Shown piece after piece: positions 34,968 through 40,004 of a stretch of 40,004 bases of DNA. Within the stretch, counting starts at the first letter, position 1. Each line of letters opens with the position of its first letter. The stretch lies in IMG/VR virus record IMGVR_UViG_2645727669_000017; one strand, 5' to 3'. The stretch comes from a virus. Taxonomy: Duplodnaviria > Heunggongvirae > Uroviricota > Caudoviricetes. The position numbers and the translations under genes are program-made. The notes below the pieces were generated by a model that worked only from the letters and a program-made list of their open reading frames with translations, was not told the origin of the DNA and did not search any database.

Positions 34968-35506
34968 AAACGGGGGCTGAAGCCATCCGGGCGCTGGCCA
35001 CGCAGCTTCCGGCGTTTCGCCAGAAACTGAATGAGGGCTGGTATCAGGTGCGCATTTCCGGGCGTGATGCAGGCGAAAACGAATTATCTGCCCGTCTTAA
35101 TGAGCCGCTGGCAAATGGTGCCGTGATCCACATCGTACCGCGTCTGGCGGGTGCCAAAAGTGGCGGTATTTTTCAGGCAGTGCTGGGTGCGGCGCTAATT
35201 GCTACGGCAATCTGGATGCCGGGGCTTAGTATTGTTGCAAGTAATCTCATGTTCTCTCTTGGGGCAGGTATGGTTTTAGGCGGTGTTGCGCAGATGCTGG
35301 CACCGAAAGCCAAAACGCCTAAAGTGTCAGCCACTGATAACGGTAAGCAAAATACCTATTTTTCCTCATTGGATAACATGGTTGCCCAGGGCAATGTCCT
35401 GCCTGTTCTGTACGGTGAAATGCGCGTGGGGTCACGTGTGGCATCTCAGGAGATCAGCACGGCAGATGAAGGGGATGGTGGTCAGGTTGTGGTAATTGGG
35501 CGGTAA
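34865..35506 (+). CDS. I: Tail assembly protein I
   Basis: MAATHTLPLASPGMARICLYGDLQRFGRRIDLRV... and C-terminus VVIGR match lambda gpI as I recall it; overlaps the 3' end of K in another frame. Confidence 0.85.
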   Translation: MAATHTLPLASPGMARICLYGDLQRFGRRIDLRVKTGAEAIRALATQLPAFRQKLNEGWYQVRISGRDAGENELSARLNEPLANGAVIHIVPRLAGAKSGGIFQAVLGAALIATAIWMPGLSIVASNLMFSLGAGMVLGGVAQMLAPKAKTPKVSATDNGKQNTYFSSLDNMVAQGNVLPVLYGEMRVGSRVASQEISTADEGDGGQVVVIGR

Positions 35507-35578
35507 TATTATTTACTCATGTTCTAACTGATTTAATATTTATATCGAACACTGATAATTATTCTGTTGGTTAGCTAT

Positions 35579-35917
35579 ATGAACAAAACGATTTTATTCT
35601 GCACGATTATTGCCTTAACAGGATGTAAATCTTTGGATTACGTAAAATCCGGCAAGCCTGTAATGGAAGGTAATTCATTAAAAAATATTGATGAATTGTC
35701 AGGCTGCATATCCAGACAATGGGCTGGTAATGGAACACCTATAACATCCCTTCCTATTGAGAATGGGGTAAGCCTTTTAGTTCCACAGGCTATGGGTGGG
35801 TATGATGTTGTGCTTGATATCAAAAAAGCAGGAAATGGCAGTAGTTTTACTCTTTATGAACGCGTACCAGCATTAACGCCAAAAATTTTTGCTGATAGTG
35901 TTAATGCATGTAAATAA
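35579..35917 (+). CDS. Lipoprotein moron between I and J; candidate superinfection-exclusion or surface factor
   Basis: Lipoprotein signal peptide and lipobox (MNKTILFCTIIALTGC); AT-rich island with its own promoter-like upstream region (35507-35578) and terminator; lambda has no gene at this position. Confidence 0.6.
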   Translation: MNKTILFCTIIALTGCKSLDYVKSGKPVMEGNSLKNIDELSGCISRQWAGNGTPITSLPIENGVSLLVPQAMGGYDVVLDIKKAGNGSSFTLYERVPALTPKIFADSVNACK

Positions 35918-35941
35918 TAGTTAATCCTGCCGTAACTCATG

Positions 35942-35969
35942 AGCCGCCTTTTGGGCGGCTTTGTTGTTT
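35942..35969 (+). terminator. Rho-independent terminator after the lipoprotein moron
   Basis: AGCCGCC-TTTTG-GGCGGCT followed by TTGTTGTTT. Confidence 0.5.
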
Positions 35970-35983
35970 ATGGAGTGTGAGGA

Positions 35984-38146
35984 ATGGGTAAAGGTAGCAG
36001 TAAGGGGCATACCCCGCGCGAAGCGAAGGACAACCTGAAGTCCACGCAGCTGCTGAGTGTGATCGATGCCATCAGCGAAGGGCCGGTTGAAGGTCCGGTG
36101 GATGGATTAAAAAGCGTGCTGCTGAACAGTACGCCGGTGCTGGACAGTGAGGGGAATACCAATATCTCCGGCGTCACGGTGGTGTTCCGGGCAGGTGAGC
36201 AGGAGCAGACACCGCCTGAGGGCTTTGAATCCTCCGGCTCCGAGACGGTGCTGGGTACGGAAGTGAAATATGACACGCCGATCACCCGGACCATCACGTC
36301 GGCAAACATTGACCGTCTGCGTTTTACTTTCGGCGTGCAGGCACTGGTGGAAACCACCTCAAAGGGTGACCGGAATCCGTCGGAAGTCCGCCTGCTGGTT
36401 CAGATACAACGTAACGGTGGCTGGGTGACGGAAAAAGACATCACCATTAAGGGCAAAACCACGTCGCAGTATCTGGCCTCGGTGGTGGTGGATAACCTGC
36501 CGCCGCGCCCGTTCAATATCCGGATGCGCAGGATGACGCCGGACAGCACCACAGACCAGCTGCAGAACAAAACGCTCTGGTCGTCATACACCGAAATCAT
36601 CGATGTGAAACAGTGCTACCCGAACACGGCACTGGTCGGCGTACAGGTGGACTCGGAGCAGTTCGGCAGCCAGCAGGTGAGCCGTAATTATCATCTTCGC
36701 GGGCGCATTCTGCAGGTGCCGTCGAACTATAACCCGCAGACGCGGCAATACAGCGGTATCTGGGACGGAACGTTAAAACCGGCATACAGCAACAACCCGG
36801 CCTGGTGTCTGTGGGATATGCTGACCCATCCGCGCTACGGCATGGGGAAACGTCTTGGTGCGGCGGATGTGGATAAATGGGCGCTGTATGTCATCGGCCA
36901 GTACTGCGACCAGGCAGTGCCGGACGGCTTTGGCGGCACGGAGCCGCGCATCACCTGTAATGCCTACCTGACCACACAGCGCAAGGCGTGGGATGTGCTC
37001 AGTGATTTCTGCTCGGCGATGCGCTGTATGCCGGTATGGAACGGGCAGACGCTGACGTTCGTGCAGGACCGGCCATCGGATAAGGTGTGGACCTATAACC
37101 GCAGTAATGTGGTGATGCCGGATGATGGCGCGCCGTTCCGCTACAGCTTCAGCGCCCTGAAAGACCGCCATAATGCCGTTGAGGTGAACTGGATTGACCC
37201 GAACAACGGCTGGGAGACGGCAACAGAGCTTGTGGAGGACACGCAGGCCATTGCCCGTTACGGTCGTAACGTCACGAAGATGGATGCCTTTGGCTGTACC
37301 AGCCGGGGGCAGGCACACCGCGCCGGGCTGTGGCTGATTAAAACAGAACTGCTGGAAACGCAGACCGTGGACTTCTGCGTGGGCGCAGAAGGGCTTCGCC
37401 ATGTGCCGGGCGATGTCATTGAAATCTGTGATGATGACTATGCCGGTATCAGCACCGGCGGGCGCGTGCTGGCGGTAAACAGCCAGACCCGGACGCTGAC
37501 GCTCGACCGTGAAATCACGCTGCCATCCTCCGGTACCACGCTGATAAGCCTGGTTGACGGAAGTGGCAATCCGGTCAGCGTGGAGGTTCAGTCCGTCACC
37601 GACGGCGTGAAGGTAAAAGTGAGCCGTGTTCCTGACGGCGTTGCTGAATACAGCGTATGGGGGCTGAAGCTGCCGACGTTGCGCCAGCGCCTGTTCCGCT
37701 GCGTGAGTATCCGTGAGAACGACGACGGCACGTACGCCATCACAGCCGTGCAGCATGTCCCGGAAAAAGAGGCCATCGTGGATAACGGGGCGCACTTTGA
37801 CGGCGACCAGAGCGGCACGGTGAATGGTGTCACGCCGCCAGCGGTGCAGCACCTGACCGCAGAAGTCACCGCAGACAGCGGGGAATATCAGGTGCTGGCG
37901 CGATGGGACACACCGAAGGTGGTGAAGGGCGTGAGCTTCATGCTCCGCCTGACCGTAACAGCAGACGACGGCAGTGAGCGGCTGGTCAGCACGGCCCGGA
38001 CGACGGAAACCACATACCGCTTCACGCAACTGGCCCTGGGAAACTACACGCTGACAGTCCGGGCGGCAAATGCCTGGGGGCAGCAGGGCGATCCGGCATC
38101 GGTATCGTTCCGGATTGCCGCACCGGCAGCACCTGTCACGGATTGA
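35984..38146 (+). CDS. J: Tail tip / host specificity protein J, N-terminal ~720 aa, ending prematurely because of a frameshift
   Basis: [26 protein letters not shown]... J-like through ...[10 protein letters not shown], then VTD-stop; lambda J is ~1130 aa in one frame. Confidence 0.85.
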   Translation: MGKGSSKGHTPREAKDNLKSTQLLSVIDAISEGPVEGPVDGLKSVLLNSTPVLDSEGNTNISGVTVVFRAGEQEQTPPEGFESSGSETVLGTEVKYDTPITRTITSANIDRLRFTFGVQALVETTSKGDRNPSEVRLLVQIQRNGGWVTEKDITIKGKTTSQYLASVVVDNLPPRPFNIRMRRMTPDSTTDQLQNKTLWSSYTEIIDVKQCYPNTALVGVQVDSEQFGSQQVSRNYHLRGRILQVPSNYNPQTRQYSGIWDGTLKPAYSNNPAWCLWDMLTHPRYGMGKRLGAADVDKWALYVIGQYCDQAVPDGFGGTEPRITCNAYLTTQRKAWDVLSDFCSAMRCMPVWNGQTLTFVQDRPSDKVWTYNRSNVVMPDDGAPFRYSFSALKDRHNAVEVNWIDPNNGWETATELVEDTQAIARYGRNVTKMDAFGCTSRGQAHRAGLWLIKTELLETQTVDFCVGAEGLRHVPGDVIEICDDDYAGISTGGRVLAVNSQTRTLTLDREITLPSSGTTLISLVDGSGNPVSVEVQSVTDGVKVKVSRVPDGVAEYSVWGLKLPTLRQRLFRCVSIRENDDGTYAITAVQHVPEKEAIVDNGAHFDGDQSGTVNGVTPPAVQHLTAEVTADSGEYQVLARWDTPKVVKGVSFMLRLTVTADDGSERLVSTARTTETTYRFTQLALGNYTLTVRAANAWGQQGDPASVSFRIAAPAAPVTD

Positions 38147-39398
38147 ACTGACACCAGGCTATTTTCAGATAACAGCAACCCCGAAACTGGCCGTATATGA
38201 CCCGACGGTACAGTTTGAGTTCTGGTTCTCGGAAAAGCGGATTACCGATATCAGGCAGGTTGAAACCACAGCCCGCTATCTTGGCACGGCGCTGTACTGG
38301 ATAGCCGCCAGTAGCAATATCAAACCGGGCCATGATTATTACTTTTATATCCGCAGCGTGAACACCGTAGGCAAATCGGCATTTGTGGAGGCCGTCGGTC
38401 GGGCGAGCGATGATGCGGAAGGTTACCTGAATTTTTACAAAGGCCAGATAAACAAAACCCATCTCGGCAAGGAACTGCTGGAAAAAGTCGAGCTGACGGA
38501 GGATAACGCCAGCAAACTGGAGGAGTTTTCGAAAGAGTGGAAGGACGCCAACGATAAATGGAATGCCATGTGGGCCGTCAAAATTGAGCAGACCAAAGAC
38601 GGCAAACATTATGTCGCGGGTATTGGCCTCAGCATGGAGGACACGGAGGAAGGCAAACTGAGCCAGTTTCTGGTTGCCGCTAACCGTATCGCATTTATTG
38701 ACCCGGCAAACGGGAATGAAACGCCGATGTTTGTGGCGCAGGGCAACCAGATATTCATGAACGACGTGTTCCTGAAACGCCTGACGGCCCCCACCATTAC
38801 CAGCGGTGGAAATCCACCGGCATTTTCCCTGACACCAGACGGAAAGCTGACCGCTAAAAATGCGGATATCAGTGGCAGAGTGAATGCGAACGCCGGGACG
38901 CTCAACAATGTCACGGTAAATGAAAACTGTACGATTAAGGGCATGCTGGAGGCGACCCAAGTCAGAGGGGACTTCGTTAAAGCTGTATCCAAATCATTTC
39001 CGAAACAGGCTGGTACGTGGGGTAACACGGAAACACCAAACGGGACGGTTACAGTCACCATCAGCGATGATCATAACTTTGACCGTCAAATCATTATTCC
39101 GCCCATTATCTTTAACGGAATAGCGTATAGCTATCCGGGAAGTGGTAATAACCCGGGAGGTAAAAGTTACACGGGTTATGGTTTTGAAGTTCGCAAAAAC
39201 GGTGTATTAATCGCATCCAGAGAAACTAAAGGGGCCATTCCCGGTAGCTACAGTGCGGTTATTGATATGCCGAGTGGCAGGGGAAGCGTCACTCTGGAGT
39301 TTAAGGTTTTCCATAAAGGCAATCAGTGGGCAGGTAATATCACCGACTGTACGGTGATTGTGACCAAAAAAGCCGCTTCCGGCATCAGTATTCGTTGA
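38070..39398 (+). CDS. J: C-terminal receptor-binding portion of J in the +1 frame (J-like sequence begins ~38136)
   Basis: Frame-B ORF reads [31 protein letters not shown]... to the J C-terminus; the upstream part of this ORF overlaps the end of the N-terminal J ORF. Confidence 0.7.
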   Translation: MPGGSRAIRHRYRSGLPHRQHLSRIELTPGYFQITATPKLAVYDPTVQFEFWFSEKRITDIRQVETTARYLGTALYWIAASSNIKPGHDYYFYIRSVNTVGKSAFVEAVGRASDDAEGYLNFYKGQINKTHLGKELLEKVELTEDNASKLEEFSKEWKDANDKWNAMWAVKIEQTKDGKHYVAGIGLSMEDTEEGKLSQFLVAANRIAFIDPANGNETPMFVAQGNQIFMNDVFLKRLTAPTITSGGNPPAFSLTPDGKLTAKNADISGRVNANAGTLNNVTVNENCTIKGMLEATQVRGDFVKAVSKSFPKQAGTWGNTETPNGTVTVTISDDHNFDRQIIIPPIIFNGIAYSYPGSGNNPGGKSYTGYGFEVRKNGVLIASRETKGAIPGSYSAVIDMPSGRGSVTLEFKVFHKGNQWAGNITDCTVIVTKKAASGISIR

Positions 39399-39418
39399 AA
39401 TTGTTATAACCCATATAA

Positions 39419-39444
39419 GGGCACCAAAAATGGTGCCTTTTTTA
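39419..39444 (+). terminator. Rho-independent terminator after J
   Basis: GGCACC-AAAAAT-GGTGCC followed by TTTTTT. Confidence 0.55.
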
Positions 39445-39467
39445 TTGCAGAAAAGCGAGAGGTAATT

Positions 39468-40004
39468 ATGCGTAAAGTTTGTGCAGCAATTTTGTCCGCA
39501 GCCATTTGTCTGGCCGTATCCGGTGCGCCTGCATGGGCGTCTGAACATCAGTCCACACTGAGCGCGGGGTATCTTCATGCCCGGACGAACGCTCCCGGTA
39601 GCGATAATCTTAACGGGATTAACGTGAAATACCGTTATGAATTTACGGACACGCTGGGGCTGGTGACGTCATTCAGCTATGCAGGAGACAAGAATCGCCA
39701 GCTTACCCGTTACAGCGATACCCGCTGGCATGAAGATTCCGTGCGTAACCGCTGGTTCAGCGTAATGGCGGGGCCGTCTGTGCGCGTGAATGAATGGTTC
39801 AGCGCGTATGCGATGGCGGGTGTGGCTTACAGCCGTGTGTCGACTTTCTCCGGGGATTATCTTCGCGTAACTGACAACAAGGGGAAAACGCACGATGTGC
39901 TGACCGGAAGTGATGACGGTCGCCACAGCGACACCTCTCTGGCGTGGGGAGCTGGCGTGCAGTTTAACCCGACCGAATCCGTGGCCATTGATATTGCTTA
40001 TGAA
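39468..40004 (+). CDS. lom: Lom outer-membrane protein (Ail/Lom family), 3' end beyond the window
   Basis: ATG 39468 with GAGAGG RBS; signal peptide [24 protein letters not shown]; GINVKYRYE and later motifs match lambda Lom as I recall it; runs off the window end. Confidence 0.85.

Noticed and set aside
36773-38029. 418-aa minus-strand ORF inside J
   Set aside because: Antisense to the strongly supported J coding sequence; the long open frame is a by-product of GC-rich codon usage on the opposite strand.
1-40004. CRISPR array or other long tandem repeats
   Set aside because: No regularly spaced direct repeats of CRISPR type were seen; the only repeat arrays are the short iterons within the replication gene and the operator half-sites.

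Overview
This window is the left ~40 kb of a lambda-like prophage, running from its attL junction inside the 5' end of prfC (release factor 3) to the start of lom. Gene order is: truncated prfC fragment, inward-reading P4-type integrase, an AT-rich 517-aa membrane-anchored gene of unknown function, an AlpA-like excisionase, and a leftward early operon (Ea22-like protein, HD-domain phosphohydrolase, DUF2303-like protein and small unknowns; the yfdP/Q/R labels are my recollection of the E. coli CPS-53 proteins, not a search result). Next come the immunity region (CI-like repressor, Cro-like protein, TTGC-N7-GCAA operators), a replication module with in-gene iterons, a nin-like region (PerC-like regulator, Dam-like methyltransferase, LexA-N-domain-only protein, RusA, KilA-N protein, DUF968/HNH protein, Q antiterminator), a lipoprotein moron and a second methyltransferase, and the lysis cassette (dual-start pinholin, SAR endolysin, Rz/Rz1). 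The late region holds a cos-like site, terminase, portal, a protease-capsid fusion and a tail gene set (Z, U, V, G/T, H, M, L, K, I, J) closely matching lambda, then lom running off the window end. No CRISPR array, tRNA or stx genes were seen. The most unusual points are: the AT-rich membrane-anchored gene between int and xis (best candidate for an undescribed defence or exclusion function), a ~600-nt structured untranslated leader where an N gene would be, two lipoprotein morons, a LexA-DNA-binding-domain-only protein, a J gene split by a one-base insertion, and a second split ORF at a G6 tract. All calls rest on reading the sequence and the ORF track; no database search was run.
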